A stretch of 35,594 nt of DNA from a virus (lineage: Duplodnaviria > Caudoviricetes), in the IMG/VR virus record IMGVR_UViG_3300035145_003477, positions 1 to 35,594 of that record; one strand, 5' to 3'. A model generated the notes under the pieces. It saw only the letters and a program-made list of their open reading frames with translations, searched no databases and was not told the DNA's origin. Shown here in pieces: positions 11,401 to 19,740 of this stretch. The position numbers and the translations under genes were made by a program. Position 1 is the stretch's first letter, and each line of letters starts with the position of its first letter.

Positions 11401-11667
11401 GCAATCGCAGGATATGTTGATAGTAGAATTAGTGGTGGTGGTACAAATGTAAACGTAAACGCCGTTATCGCTGGTGAAGTTCGTGTACAAGGTAATAATA
11501 TTACTTCAGAAGCAAATAGAAAGATCAATATTACTACACAAATGAACTTCGAAAAACCAGTAGATGGCGATATGGCGGCAATGGCCATGTTTACAGGTGC
11601 TACAAACTTCGGATTAATTGATGAAGGAGATCCTACTACTCCGCAAGAGATGGGTATGGGTAATTAA
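5410..11667 (+). CDS. Giant modular virion fibre/spike protein (2085 aa): 8 CBM5/12-like Trp repeats, inserted cupredoxin-like domains, beta-helix-like core, Asp-box propeller
   Basis: Repeats WxxxxxYxxxDxVxYGGxxYxCxxxH. YFVSPDG...PFKTIKYA...GDELRST pectin-lyase-like entry. Asp-boxes (YRSTDGGQNW, SIDDGVNW, QSDDGVYW). C-terminal SQVRLTGHDFL and RVFYTSTDQDGNFRVG shared with ORF 11710. Confidence 0.8.
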   Translation: MAEFKIDRIRFRWTGNWQAAKQYIKDDIVAYGGKTFVCLNGHTADPDFYIDYLNQTLPKWTQMTDGYQWVNQWTPGTYYKVNDIVRYGGQVYAAIVGHSATSYTPPSTTTTINVTVDMDTGSITDTGRANTTTGALYLNGVERNILTIDKGTTYIFDQTDATNVNFGGQQHPIAFSVYEDGDKHETPLVDYYTDGLTYLIDGIEVTEATYLSGFAGASSRQVRFIVPNDAPDKLYYFNRTVNSKDKGAYLNIETPGQIGANDFGNWKLITADQNWRYEWLPQVIYRLGDCVKYGGNVYKCTTEHISSTTVAGLEADATKWQTVTRSDNWKDYWTPRTRYVYDDVVRYGGIIYRCLTGHVSANDDALGLEEDSTKWEDLISGIDYKQHWVPSRNITVTGIGAGVVTSGAHNLANGDLVQYNTDGTDADNIDNDTYYYVRRVSDTEFKLYRYYDDALADRNNLNADGGTGNQTFIKRYKYKKGDIVRYGPTMWYCTTGHNTNEVFAESFFNIWLPGYDYELEWTSSETYQPGDIVKHGGYSYTALTVNTNSVPSFNGITQNTGDWELLTTGYRMGGQYNTNPDLADEASYWNIAQQYYTGDVVRFGGYLYIALRDSLGSEPDDQIQTIDVTITVGNPGSGNRYYVNGVLEGPITLIEGNTYKFIQNDSSNLTHQLYISTTQNGHHTGGQYNYVENGVTYWLDGVQVADLAAYGTGFAAATERYVQYIVPRDAYKANYLVCANHSGMYGAGVMTTQYSNNNWQTLIDGDRFRGNWSDTVLVDGVSSTNNYFLGDIVTYEGTLWRCIKRHTASQSGTRPDLDVEYTNENFWTKVIQGGNNNVLQYYGDIRTHDGTDHVRLGIGNPGDSLKVDANDNLTWEAQEQTDKVYFVSPDGIDSTDTGRGLSQTAPFKTIKYATQYILADEGTRAPATILVKTGRYKEICPIKVPANVAIVGDELRSTFVEPTDETKDQDMFQVRNGCGLRNMTLSGLQGEFTAADAYLLKRVTGGAFVALDPGTGPDDTSVWITNKSTYVQNVSTFGNKCVGMKVDGTLHNGGNKSIVANDFTQIIQDGIGYWCNADGLSELVSVFTYYCYIGYLCTDGGKVRATNGNNSYGEYGSVAVGFDQNETPISAKVNNYSKEATVSKVYNDENKLFAVGYSNTGTHYTSGTVTVTGSGENAAGSITEIRNGSVTEIRITDPGDSSAAGGGGYTYANNRGQGGSTTSIQIANQDTNNETYYLNHLITIVEGEGRGQYAYITSYDWNNGGATAVSVTSGQDATLTEGTYTGVRGASSRVDATEPTFTISVDATGIVQAAITDPGTANQVGDVITIQNAEVGGTGQNITLNVDSVTAGDKTMTVARPVDGQPGWQHHLPGETLSGAVGTDKELRPLDETTRYEITPRLTFSAPPYTANSTNLPTGSSVVASAVRTFEESNTNITRTVIVGNNTIVYSDSGTSFTEASSYQDLNYVGVAAINSGWMAIDGNGRCKFSTNGLSWADAGANLLSYGLTFNNIGGGNNVLIATADSTSNIYRSTDGGQNWSQVNASVSNAKFVAYGNGKWVLANEAGDTYESIDDGVNWAAGPDIGGVQYDITDLKFGGGKFIATCFDSPNDLSTVNNAFHYSFTDAATTAGNTVWLKGEDTNVADNIYVNYQQGTWLGVTASGSIIQSDDGVYWENKGTVSGSYNGMACGVTQDGPAFYPLQTGQQASMDVITTGATTRATARVDGGKITEFIIQEPGSGYGQNSPTMTIIDNNNTKDISYNIRMANGTVGQVEFTNRGTGYINIGVTVDGDGYADLYQTGDKLIVKDLSREPGPGDNLYITGINDIYYAVQSVTDLTGSAGNYTATLTITPTLDRAESPEHETDLIIRQKYSQVRLTGHDFLEIGKGNLYTSQYPLLTPIEGYDIREFQETENAGGGRVFYTSTDQDGNFRVGELFKVEQSTGIVSLNASYFELDGLSELRLGGVTLGGTNAVIKEFSTDTTFTANSNEIVPTQRAIAGYVDSRISGGGTNVNVNAVIAGEVRVQGNNITSEANRKINITTQMNFEKPVDGDMAAMAMFTGATNFGLIDEGDPTTPQEMGMGN
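5446..7896 (+). repeat. Eight Trp/Tyr-rich protein repeats (carbohydrate-binding CBM5/12-like), interrupted by three inserted domains
   Basis: Counted in the translation: DDIVAYGG, NDIVRYGG, GDCVKYGG, DDVVRYGG, GDIVRYGP, GDIVKHGG, GDVVRFGG, GDIVTYEG. Confidence 0.8.
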
Positions 11668-11676
11668 GCATAATGA

Positions 11677-11682
11677 TAAATA
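11677..11682 (+). promoter_or_regulatory. Putative late promoter core (GATAAATAC)
   Basis: Intergenic, upstream of the AGGA ribosome-binding site and ATG 11710. Confidence 0.7.
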
Positions 11683-11709
11683 CAAATAACACAAAGTTAG
11701 GAACCTATA

Positions 11710-14700
11710 ATGGCTGAATTTAAACTCGGAAGAATTAGATTTATATGGAAAGGTGCGTGGGTCACCGCGAAACAATACTATAAAGATGATGTCGTTAGAT
11801 ACGGTGGTCGTACTTATATTGTTAACACAGGTCATATTTCATCTAATTTTGATACAGATATTTCAAAATTTGATTTACTATCTGACGGTTCTGAGTGGAA
11901 AGGCAACTGGGCACTTTCAACAGTCTATAAACCACGTGACATTGTCAAGTACGGTGGATACTTATACATCTGTAACACAGGTCATACATCAGCATCTACA
12001 GAAGGTGACGGTCTTGAGTTAGATCAAACCAAATGGGATCTTTTTGCAGAAGGCTTTGATTGGAAAGGTGACTGGGGTGTTACTACAAGATACAAAGTAA
12101 ATGACCTTGTACGTTATGGCGGAGTTATGTATCTTTGTACAGAAGAACATACTTCAGCGGCAGACGCCGCCGATGGTTTAGAATTAGATTCTACAAAATG
12201 GGATTTATTCGCTAATGGAATGACATGGCGAAATGTTTGGACTGCAACTACAAGATACAAAAAAGGTGATGTTGTTAGATATGGTGGACAAGTTTATATT
12301 GCTAACACTGGTCATACAGCGGCGGCTACAGACGCACTTGGTTTAGAAGCAAACCAGGCATCATGGGATTACTTACACAAAGGTATTGAATACTTAGGTG
12401 AGTGGACAACAGCAACAAGATACAAAATTAATGACGTTGTTAAGTACGGTGGTGATATTTGGATTTGTACAACTTTTCATACTTCAACAACCACACTTGC
12501 AGTAGACGAAGCAAACTGGTCAATCTTTGTACCAGGTTTAGAATTTGAAGATAGTTGGCAAAACAATGTAAACTATCAGCCAGGTGATGTTGTAACATAC
12601 GGTGGTTATTCTTATATCTCGATTACAAACAACACTGCTCAAGTTCCTTTCAATAATCCAACACAATGGGATTTATTTACAACAGGTTTTAGTTTCAAAG
12701 GCGACTACAATAACGTAACAAATTATAAAATTGGTGACGTTGTACGCTTAGGTGGTTGGACATACATTGCACTTGCAGATGGTGTTGGTAATAGACCGCC
12801 AGATGCAGTTTACTGGGATAAACTTAATGAAGGTTTATACTGGAAAGGTGCTTGGCAAAATGCAGTTTACTATGACAAAGGTGATGTTGTTAGAGGGATT
12901 AATAATGTCAACTCATATGTTTGTGTCGCGGCACACACTTCAGAACAAGTAGGTTCAGGACAAAACAGACCAGACCAAGATACACCAGGTAACTTTTGGA
13001 ACTTATTAAGTGGCGGTGCTGAAGTTGGTAACTTAACTACACGTGGTGACCTTGTTTACTACGGTGGTTCAGGTCCAACAAGATTACCAGTAGGTGCTCC
13101 AGGACAAGTTTTAAAAGTTAATGAAGCAGGTACAGATCCAGAATGGGCATACTTTGGTCAACTTGATGCAGTGTATTACACAGCAATCGAAGGAGTTGAT
13201 TCAGCAGTACCGGCGGCAGGTGTTACACTTGACAAACCATTTAAAACAGTAAACTTTGGTTTACAACAAATTGAAAATGGTGCAAGAAACCCTTACGCAA
13301 AAGAATTGTTATTTAGAAACAAAGGCTTCATTCAAGACGAAGCATTAAGTTGGGTAGATACACAGGTTGTAAATTCAACTTCACCGTTCACAGGTTCATT
13401 TACTTACACTGCGGCAAACTGGCGTAGAGATTTAGGTACATGGCTTGATGCACTTATTTGGGATTTAGGTCACGGCGGCAACAGAAAATCAAGATTAGAA
13501 ACTCTTGCAATATTTGATACAAACGCAGATCAATTTTATATTTCAAATGATGGTATCACAGCAGAATGGAAAGCAACACTTGATTATGTAAAAACATTAA
13601 TCGATGATGTAATTACACAGGATACTCCTTCAAGTAACTATCAATCACTAAGAAGTGTTTCTAATCCATCATTACAGATTACTAATTCGTCTATCAGTGA
13701 AGAAGCAGGCGCACAAACAATTATTAATAATTTGACTGCTATTGCAACAGCGGCTTTAACAGCAGGAAACACAACAGGTGTACCTGCAGAGATTGTTGCA
13801 AATGACACATTATTTGTTAAGACAGGACAGTTTAACGAAGTACTTCCAATGGTAGTTCCAGAAAGTTGTGCTGTTGTTGGTGATGAACTACGTTCTACTA
13901 AAATTTCACCAGCGGCAAGTTTAACAAGTTCAAGTGATACACAATACTCACTTGCTGGTATTACACATATGGCAAGTATCATTGATGATATTATTACAAA
14001 TACATCTGTTACTGCACAAACAGGAAATGCTATATCACAAAACACAGCAGAACCAGTTGGTTCAAGTGCGGCAGGAACTTATGCGGCATCTATTGCAACT
14101 GATATTAAAAACAAAATTGATTTTGTAATTAATGCTAACGGTTCAGATGTTGCAATGTCAGGAAGTAACACTCCTAATAAAACAGCAGGTTTCACAGACG
14201 GTGTATTAAGATTAGAAGAAAACAAAGAATTTATTGCAGAAGATGTAACAAGATACATTATTGCAACATATCCTGGTTATACTGATTTTATTTCAGGACC
14301 TAACGCGGCAACACTACAAGCGGCTTGTAAACGTGACGTAAGACGTTACATTGAAGCAATTCAACATGATATGATTTACACAGGACGTTACAAAGCATTA
14401 AGAGCCGCAGAACAATATACAAATAGTGTAGGCGGTTCAACAGCAAATGATATGTTCTATGTAAGAAATGGAACAGGCTTAAGAAACTGTACAGTAACAG
14501 GCTTAACTGGTACACTTGGATCAGTAAACACATATGGTACTAAACGCCCAAGTGCAGGTGCTTATGTATCGTTGGATCCAGGTTGGGGTACAGCACACGA
14601 AGAAGTTTGGGTTAAAAACAAATCTTGTTATGTGCAAAACGTAACAACATTTGGAACAGGATGTATTGGATTAAAAATTGACGGTGATTTACACGCAGGT

Positions 14701-16830
14701 GGTAACGACTCTATTGTTGCTAACGACTTTACACAGGTACTATCAGATGGTATTGGTGTTTGGTGTACAAACTTAGGTAGAACAGAACTTGTTTCCGTGT
14801 TCTCATACTATGGACACATTGGTTACCTTGCAGAAAACGGCGGTAAGATTCGTGCTACAAACGGTAACTCATCATATGGTGACTTTGGTTGTGTAGCAGA
14901 AGGTGTTGACGTAACAGAAACTCCAATTATTGCTTACACAGATAACAAACACGCTCAAGCACAGGTAGGTGCAGTACTTACTGACGGTGAAAGAATTCTT
15001 GCATTAGAATACCTAAATGCTGGTAGAGATTATGACACTAACGGTGGTAACGCAGTTATTTCAATTGGTGGTGACGGTTTTAACATTGGTACTGTAACTC
15101 CTGTTTACAGAACAGGTGGTGTTATGGAAGTAAGATTACTTAACACAGATGTTGACAGTGATGGTGAAGGCGACTTTGGTGGTAAAGATTATGTAACGGC
15201 AGGTAATGCCGCACAGATTGGTAATGCAACAAGTATTACAATTTCAAACACGGATACTAATTCATCAGGCGCACTTGTTGGAATGGCTATTTGGATTGAA
15301 GCAGGTTTAGGTGCAGGACAGTATGGTTACATTGATACGTACAACGCAGGTACTAAACAAGCAACAATTAGAAAATATTCAGATGGTTCACAAGGTTGGG
15401 ATCATATTTTAGGTGAGTCTATCTTATCATTACTCGACAGTACAACAACTTATGTGATTGAGCCAAGACTTGAATTTGCAACACCAACAGGTGATGGTTC
15501 AAGTACAAGTATTAAAGCAATTGGTAGATGTAGAGTACAAGACGGAAAAATTAATCAGATTAGAATTATTGAACCAGGACAAGGTTATACATCTGCTCCA
15601 GGATTAACAATTACTGATCCAAGTAATACAATTGATGCACCAATCCAAGTAAGAATTGGCGACGGTGTACTTGCACAACCAACATTTGCTGGTTCAACCA
15701 ACGGTGGTAGAGGTGAAGATTTTGAAACTGCTACTGCTACTGTAACTGCAACTGAAATAGAAGAAACTATTTCAAATGTTTCACAGGCAAATCCAGCAAG
15801 AGTAACAATTACAGGACACAGTATCAACCTTGATGGTACAAAAGTTAGAATAGAAAATGTTTTAGGATTAGGAGCAAGATTCTTTGATGTTACAACATTC
15901 TATGCAAAAGTAGTAGATGCAAACAATGTTGACTTATATTCAGATCCATTCTTAACACAAACTATTGACTCTTCAGCATTAGCGGCATATACTTCCGGCG
16001 GTACTTTAAAACATGGCGGCGGTTATATGGATAACTTACAATCAGGTAAGTTTGTACAAGTAAGTGGATTGAAAACTAAACCAAGAGCAGGTTCAAACGT
16101 TGAATTTGACAATCAACAAAATGTATTCTACAAACTTGTTGCAGTTAAAAATTTATTAGGTGGTGACGCAGGACCGTTCACCGCACAGTTACAGGTATCA
16201 CCAGACATTCCAGTAGGCGATGCACCTGCACACCAAGAAAGTGCAGAAATTAGATTGAGATATTCTCAAGTACGTCTAACAGGACATGACTTCTTAGATA
16301 TTGGTACTGGTAACTTTACACAAACAAATTATCCAAACCTACCATTACAAGATCCGGTTCCAGCAAATGAAACCAGAGAAGGTGGTGGTGGTAGAGTGTT
16401 CTTTACATCAACAGACCAAGATGGTAACTTTAGAGTTGGCGGATTGTTTAACGTTGAACAGTCAACTGGTGTTGCTACACTTGACGCTGATGCATTTAAC
16501 ATTTCAGGATTACAAGAACTTTCGTTGGGTAATATTGCACTTGGTAATACAGGAGCAACTATCAACGAATTTAGCACCGATGGTACATTTGCCGCAAACA
16601 GCGACAGTATTGTACCAACACAAAGAGCAATTAAAACTTATATTACGTCACAGATTGGTGGTGGTGCAAGTACACTTAACGTTAACCAAATTATTGCTGG
16701 TCTCGTACAAATTTCTGGACAAGAAATTACTACAACCACAGTAGTTCCGATTAACGTAAAGGCCCAATTTAATTTCACCAAAGGAATTGATGGGGCACCT
16801 GTGGCGCTAAATATGTTTTTGATGGGATAA
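11710..16830 (+). CDS. Giant modular virion fibre/spike protein (1706 aa), paralogue of 5410..11667, with two inserted helical CxRD-type domains
   Basis: Same start (MAEFKxxRIRFxWxGxW), 8 Trp repeats, and shared GDELRST, SIVANDFTQ, GGKxRATNGN, SQVRLTGHDFL and TSTDQDGNFRVG blocks. Confidence 0.8.
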   Translation: MAEFKLGRIRFIWKGAWVTAKQYYKDDVVRYGGRTYIVNTGHISSNFDTDISKFDLLSDGSEWKGNWALSTVYKPRDIVKYGGYLYICNTGHTSASTEGDGLELDQTKWDLFAEGFDWKGDWGVTTRYKVNDLVRYGGVMYLCTEEHTSAADAADGLELDSTKWDLFANGMTWRNVWTATTRYKKGDVVRYGGQVYIANTGHTAAATDALGLEANQASWDYLHKGIEYLGEWTTATRYKINDVVKYGGDIWICTTFHTSTTTLAVDEANWSIFVPGLEFEDSWQNNVNYQPGDVVTYGGYSYISITNNTAQVPFNNPTQWDLFTTGFSFKGDYNNVTNYKIGDVVRLGGWTYIALADGVGNRPPDAVYWDKLNEGLYWKGAWQNAVYYDKGDVVRGINNVNSYVCVAAHTSEQVGSGQNRPDQDTPGNFWNLLSGGAEVGNLTTRGDLVYYGGSGPTRLPVGAPGQVLKVNEAGTDPEWAYFGQLDAVYYTAIEGVDSAVPAAGVTLDKPFKTVNFGLQQIENGARNPYAKELLFRNKGFIQDEALSWVDTQVVNSTSPFTGSFTYTAANWRRDLGTWLDALIWDLGHGGNRKSRLETLAIFDTNADQFYISNDGITAEWKATLDYVKTLIDDVITQDTPSSNYQSLRSVSNPSLQITNSSISEEAGAQTIINNLTAIATAALTAGNTTGVPAEIVANDTLFVKTGQFNEVLPMVVPESCAVVGDELRSTKISPAASLTSSSDTQYSLAGITHMASIIDDIITNTSVTAQTGNAISQNTAEPVGSSAAGTYAASIATDIKNKIDFVINANGSDVAMSGSNTPNKTAGFTDGVLRLEENKEFIAEDVTRYIIATYPGYTDFISGPNAATLQAACKRDVRRYIEAIQHDMIYTGRYKALRAAEQYTNSVGGSTANDMFYVRNGTGLRNCTVTGLTGTLGSVNTYGTKRPSAGAYVSLDPGWGTAHEEVWVKNKSCYVQNVTTFGTGCIGLKIDGDLHAGGNDSIVANDFTQVLSDGIGVWCTNLGRTELVSVFSYYGHIGYLAENGGKIRATNGNSSYGDFGCVAEGVDVTETPIIAYTDNKHAQAQVGAVLTDGERILALEYLNAGRDYDTNGGNAVISIGGDGFNIGTVTPVYRTGGVMEVRLLNTDVDSDGEGDFGGKDYVTAGNAAQIGNATSITISNTDTNSSGALVGMAIWIEAGLGAGQYGYIDTYNAGTKQATIRKYSDGSQGWDHILGESILSLLDSTTTYVIEPRLEFATPTGDGSSTSIKAIGRCRVQDGKINQIRIIEPGQGYTSAPGLTITDPSNTIDAPIQVRIGDGVLAQPTFAGSTNGGRGEDFETATATVTATEIEETISNVSQANPARVTITGHSINLDGTKVRIENVLGLGARFFDVTTFYAKVVDANNVDLYSDPFLTQTIDSSALAAYTSGGTLKHGGGYMDNLQSGKFVQVSGLKTKPRAGSNVEFDNQQNVFYKLVAVKNLLGGDAGPFTAQLQVSPDIPVGDAPAHQESAEIRLRYSQVRLTGHDFLDIGTGNFTQTNYPNLPLQDPVPANETREGGGGRVFFTSTDQDGNFRVGGLFNVEQSTGVATLDADAFNISGLQELSLGNIALGNTGATINEFSTDGTFAANSDSIVPTQRAIKTYITSQIGGGASTLNVNQIIAGLVQISGQEITTTTVVPINVKAQFNFTKGIDGAPVALNMFLMG
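11746..13005 (+). repeat. Eight tandem ~50-aa Trp/Tyr-rich repeats (CBM5/12-like)
   Basis: DDVVRYGG, RDIVKYGG, NDLVRYGG, GDVVRYGG, NDVVKYGG, GDVVTYGG, GDVVRLGG, GDVVRGIN. Confidence 0.85.
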
Positions 16831-16842
16831 AGGAGATAAATT

Positions 16843-17163
16843 ATGGCATCAGGTAGATTAGGAGCGAGCGACATCACAGCAGGCGCGACTGATACCACTG
16901 TTTACACTGTGCCAGTGGACAACTACGCAGTTGCTACTCTTTCGGTGTGTAACAGAGGTAATCAGGCAATCGCAGTGCGTGTTGCCGTTGCGGCCGCAGA
17001 TACCCCAACAGCGGCGGAGTACATTGAGTATGATACAGAAGTATTAGCACACGGAGTACTTGAAAGATCGGGGATAGTAATGGACGCGGGTAAAAAACTT
17101 GTAGTATATACAAGTTCAGCCAACGTTAGTGCAGTAGTGTTCGGTATTGAGACTGCGGCATAA
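16843..17163 (+). CDS. Small putative virion protein (distant paralogue of 2730..3059)
   Basis: 106 aa, AAGGAG upstream; VYTVP...LSVCN...YIEYD...LERSGIVM; follows a giant fibre gene. Confidence 0.7.
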   Translation: MASGRLGASDITAGATDTTVYTVPVDNYAVATLSVCNRGNQAIAVRVAVAAADTPTAAEYIEYDTEVLAHGVLERSGIVMDAGKKLVVYTSSANVSAVVFGIETAA

Positions 17164-17166
17164 ATA
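17161..17166 (+). promoter_or_regulatory. Putative late promoter core overlapping the stop codon of ORF 16843
   Basis: TAAATACAATAG at 17161-17172 is identical to 5378-5389. Confidence 0.65.
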
Positions 17167-17184
17167 CAATAGAAGGATATAACA

Positions 17185-17511
17185 ATGGGAAGATACATAA
17201 CTACAACTGGAACCGCTGGTACTGTATTAAAGACTGTTGGATCCGCATATCAGGCTGTTGTCAATGACAGAATTTTGTGTACATCAGGAGGTTTTACAAT
17301 TACACTTCCGCTTTCTACAAGTTTGTTAGAAAATGACACAATTCAGATCGTTGACGTTACAGGAGCATTTGCGTCATCCAATGTTACGGTTGCACGTAAC
17401 GGCGCGAAAATCCAGAACTTAACAGAAGATTTAACATTAGATATTAATAACTCGGCTGTAACACTTGTATATACAGGTGCAACTTACGGTTGGATTATTA
17501 GTGGAACATAA
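17185..17511 (+). CDS. Stand-alone T4 gp34-like fibre repeat domain protein
   Basis: FTITLP...NDTIQIVDVTGAF...NVTVARNGAKI...DLTLD...VTLVY...GW is the pattern of proximal long-tail-fibre repeat domains (recognised by eye). Confidence 0.65.
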   Translation: MGRYITTTGTAGTVLKTVGSAYQAVVNDRILCTSGGFTITLPLSTSLLENDTIQIVDVTGAFASSNVTVARNGAKIQNLTEDLTLDINNSAVTLVYTGATYGWIISGT

Positions 17512-17528
17512 GATAGGAAGTATATAGA

Positions 17529-18260
17529 ATGGCCACTTTACGAGGACTTTTATCAGACATTGAGCCAGCCAGATCCGGCGTACAGCGTCAGTTCTGGGTG
17601 TGGAACGATAGCACAGGCATCGGTAACGGTGGAAGATGTTGTTTGTGGACCGTTCCTGCTAACACTATCAACGCAACATTTGAATTATGGGGCGGTGGTG
17701 GCGGTGGTCACGGCGGATGCTGTTGTCAGTTTCCAAATAGACCGGCCGCAGGTGGATCATATGCTATAAGAACTATTCAAACAACGGCTGGATGTCAATA
17801 CACAGTCTGTGCAGGCGGTTCAACTACGTGTTGCTGTCACGGATGTTTAGGCGGAAATGGCTATCCAAGTTTTGTTACAGGTTCAAGTATTCCTACTACT
17901 TGTGCACCAGGTGGGTGCGGAGGTAAGGCTTGTTGTTTCACAAGTGCATACACTTGTCACCCAAGTTTTGTGTGGCAGTGTGGTACAGGAGATTGGGGAC
18001 TACCACAAATTACTGGTAGTGCCAAAAGAAGTCAATATTGTCATAACCAAATGTGGGCGTTCATCGGTGGACCTGCAATGTTTGGTGTGTCAAGACGAGG
18101 AAAGGACTGGTGTGCAGGTAACTTTACCAACACTGGTTCATGTTTCCAATGTTTAGCGTCCTTCCCAGGAGGAGGAGGCGGCGGCGGAGCGGCCTGCGGA
18201 GAACCTTGTTGCTGGGGCGGCTGGGGACAAGCAGGTGCGGTAAAAGTGAGTTATAGTTAA
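17529..18260 (+). CDS. Cys/Gly-rich protein 1, putative fibre-tip adhesin
   Basis: 24 Cys in 243 aa; GGRCCLWTVP...FELWGGGG...CCC...FPGGGG...VKVSY. Confidence 0.7.
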   Translation: MATLRGLLSDIEPARSGVQRQFWVWNDSTGIGNGGRCCLWTVPANTINATFELWGGGGGGHGGCCCQFPNRPAAGGSYAIRTIQTTAGCQYTVCAGGSTTCCCHGCLGGNGYPSFVTGSSIPTTCAPGGCGGKACCFTSAYTCHPSFVWQCGTGDWGLPQITGSAKRSQYCHNQMWAFIGGPAMFGVSRRGKDWCAGNFTNTGSCFQCLASFPGGGGGGGAACGEPCCWGGWGQAGAVKVSYS

Positions 18261-18278
18261 TAAAGGAGAAAAGGACAT

Positions 18279-18983
18279 ATGCCTAATACAATTATACAAC
18301 AGACATTCACATATGATCTTCCAGATGACTATCTTGCCCAGACAAATGCTGATGGCAGAACCGCAACTGCAAATTACAATGGGCCGGATAAAATTTGGGT
18401 GTTCATAGATAGAGACACAGGTAAATCAGATACTTCAAGACTTGTTCTTACAGAAGAAGAAGATGGTGCTGATTTTCCAATTCCAGAAGACCAATATAAG
18501 GTAGAAATAAATTGTGCAACAGATCCAGTACTTTGTTCACTATTTGACGCAAAAGTTGAATGGGACACAGTAGTTGGACAAACAAATATTGTTGTAAATT
18601 TACCAGATGGTACTACTTACGAAAGACCAGATCCAACTGACGTTGATCACACTTACGAATTAGATGAGTGTGCATATAACTTAGATGGAACTAACACTGA
18701 CGGTAAGTGGACTGGTGGTACATGGACAATGCAGTGGAAACAGCCTTGGACTTCATGGGAACAATTAATTACAGTTAGAAACAATATGTTAGCAGGATCA
18801 GACAGTAAAATTGCTGATGATATGCCGGCGGCTACTAAACAGTTATGGTTAGATTACAGACAAGCATTACGTGATTTACCTGCAACATTTGGCCGTGGTA
18901 CTGCTAATGAAATACCTGCTTACATGGTAAACTTTCCAGTTGAGCCAGGGGCAGATATTGCAACAGTAGAGGACGACGAATAA
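18279..18983 (+). CDS. Tail fibre assembly chaperone-like protein 1
   Basis: C-terminal WEQLITVRNNMLAGSD...WLDYRQALRDLP is the phage tail assembly chaperone signature; paralogue of ORF 20480. Confidence 0.75.
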   Translation: MPNTIIQQTFTYDLPDDYLAQTNADGRTATANYNGPDKIWVFIDRDTGKSDTSRLVLTEEEDGADFPIPEDQYKVEINCATDPVLCSLFDAKVEWDTVVGQTNIVVNLPDGTTYERPDPTDVDHTYELDECAYNLDGTNTDGKWTGGTWTMQWKQPWTSWEQLITVRNNMLAGSDSKIADDMPAATKQLWLDYRQALRDLPATFGRGTANEIPAYMVNFPVEPGADIATVEDDE

Positions 18984-18984
18984 G

Positions 18985-19725
18985 ATGTCAAGTTTAAGAA
19001 CCTTACTACAATACGGTACTTCTTCATCAGGTTCTGTTCCGTTGAGAAGTCTTAGAGTTTACAATACATCAATTACTTCTCCAAATAACGGCGGATCTTG
19101 TTGTGTATGGACAGTACCAGCAGGCGCTGAATGGGCCGCTTTCGAAGTTTGGGGAGGTGGTGGACCAGGTGCAGGCGTATGTTGTTGCCAACAAGGTTGG
19201 TCAGGTGGTTCTGGTTCTTATGGTAGACGTATTATTGAAGTCGATGTAGGCGATCAATTTACAATTTGTGCAGGTGGATCAACTTGTTGTCACTCAAGAT
19301 GTTATTCATGTAGAGGATTTCCAAGTTATGTATGTGGACCAAACAGTTTTTGTATGTGTTCATCAGGAGGTTCTGAAGCGGCTTCTAAATGTTTTTGGAG
19401 TCAAAACTGCTCGTACAGTGGATGTCAAATGTTCAACTGTGGTTGTGTAAATGGCGCAACACTGGCAATTTGTGGTACAACTGGTGGCGGACATGGTTCT
19501 GCTCACTGTGCCTCTGATATGCACCAGTATATGCCAAGTGCACCATTCACAGGAATGACACGTATGTCACGTTCAGGTTGTTACAAAACACATGGACAAG
19601 ATCATGGAGATCATGGTGTGTTCCCAGGAGGTGGTGGCGCATCAGGTGTAACACACAACGAAACTTGTTATTGTGGAGCGAAAGGAATGGGCGGTATGGT
19701 AACAGTTTACTATACAGCAACATAG
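18985..19725 (+). CDS. Cys/Gly-rich protein 2, putative fibre-tip adhesin
   Basis: 23 Cys in 246 aa; same motif order as ORF 17529; His-rich patch THGQDHGDHG. Confidence 0.7.
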   Translation: MSSLRTLLQYGTSSSGSVPLRSLRVYNTSITSPNNGGSCCVWTVPAGAEWAAFEVWGGGGPGAGVCCCQQGWSGGSGSYGRRIIEVDVGDQFTICAGGSTCCHSRCYSCRGFPSYVCGPNSFCMCSSGGSEAASKCFWSQNCSYSGCQMFNCGCVNGATLAICGTTGGGHGSAHCASDMHQYMPSAPFTGMTRMSRSGCYKTHGQDHGDHGVFPGGGGASGVTHNETCYCGAKGMGGMVTVYYTAT

Positions 19726-19729
19726 GAGT

Positions 19730-19735
19730 TAAATA
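19730..19735 (+). promoter_or_regulatory. Possible late promoter core TAAATA, 5 nt before ATG 19741
   Basis: GGAGTTAAATAGTATTATG; the gap is short and AT-rich, so this could be chance. Confidence 0.4.
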
Positions 19736-19740
19736 GTATT

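Noticed and set aside
11746-13005. Regularly spaced repeats that might be a CRISPR array
   Set aside because: The repeats are degenerate at DNA level, in frame and conserved only as protein.
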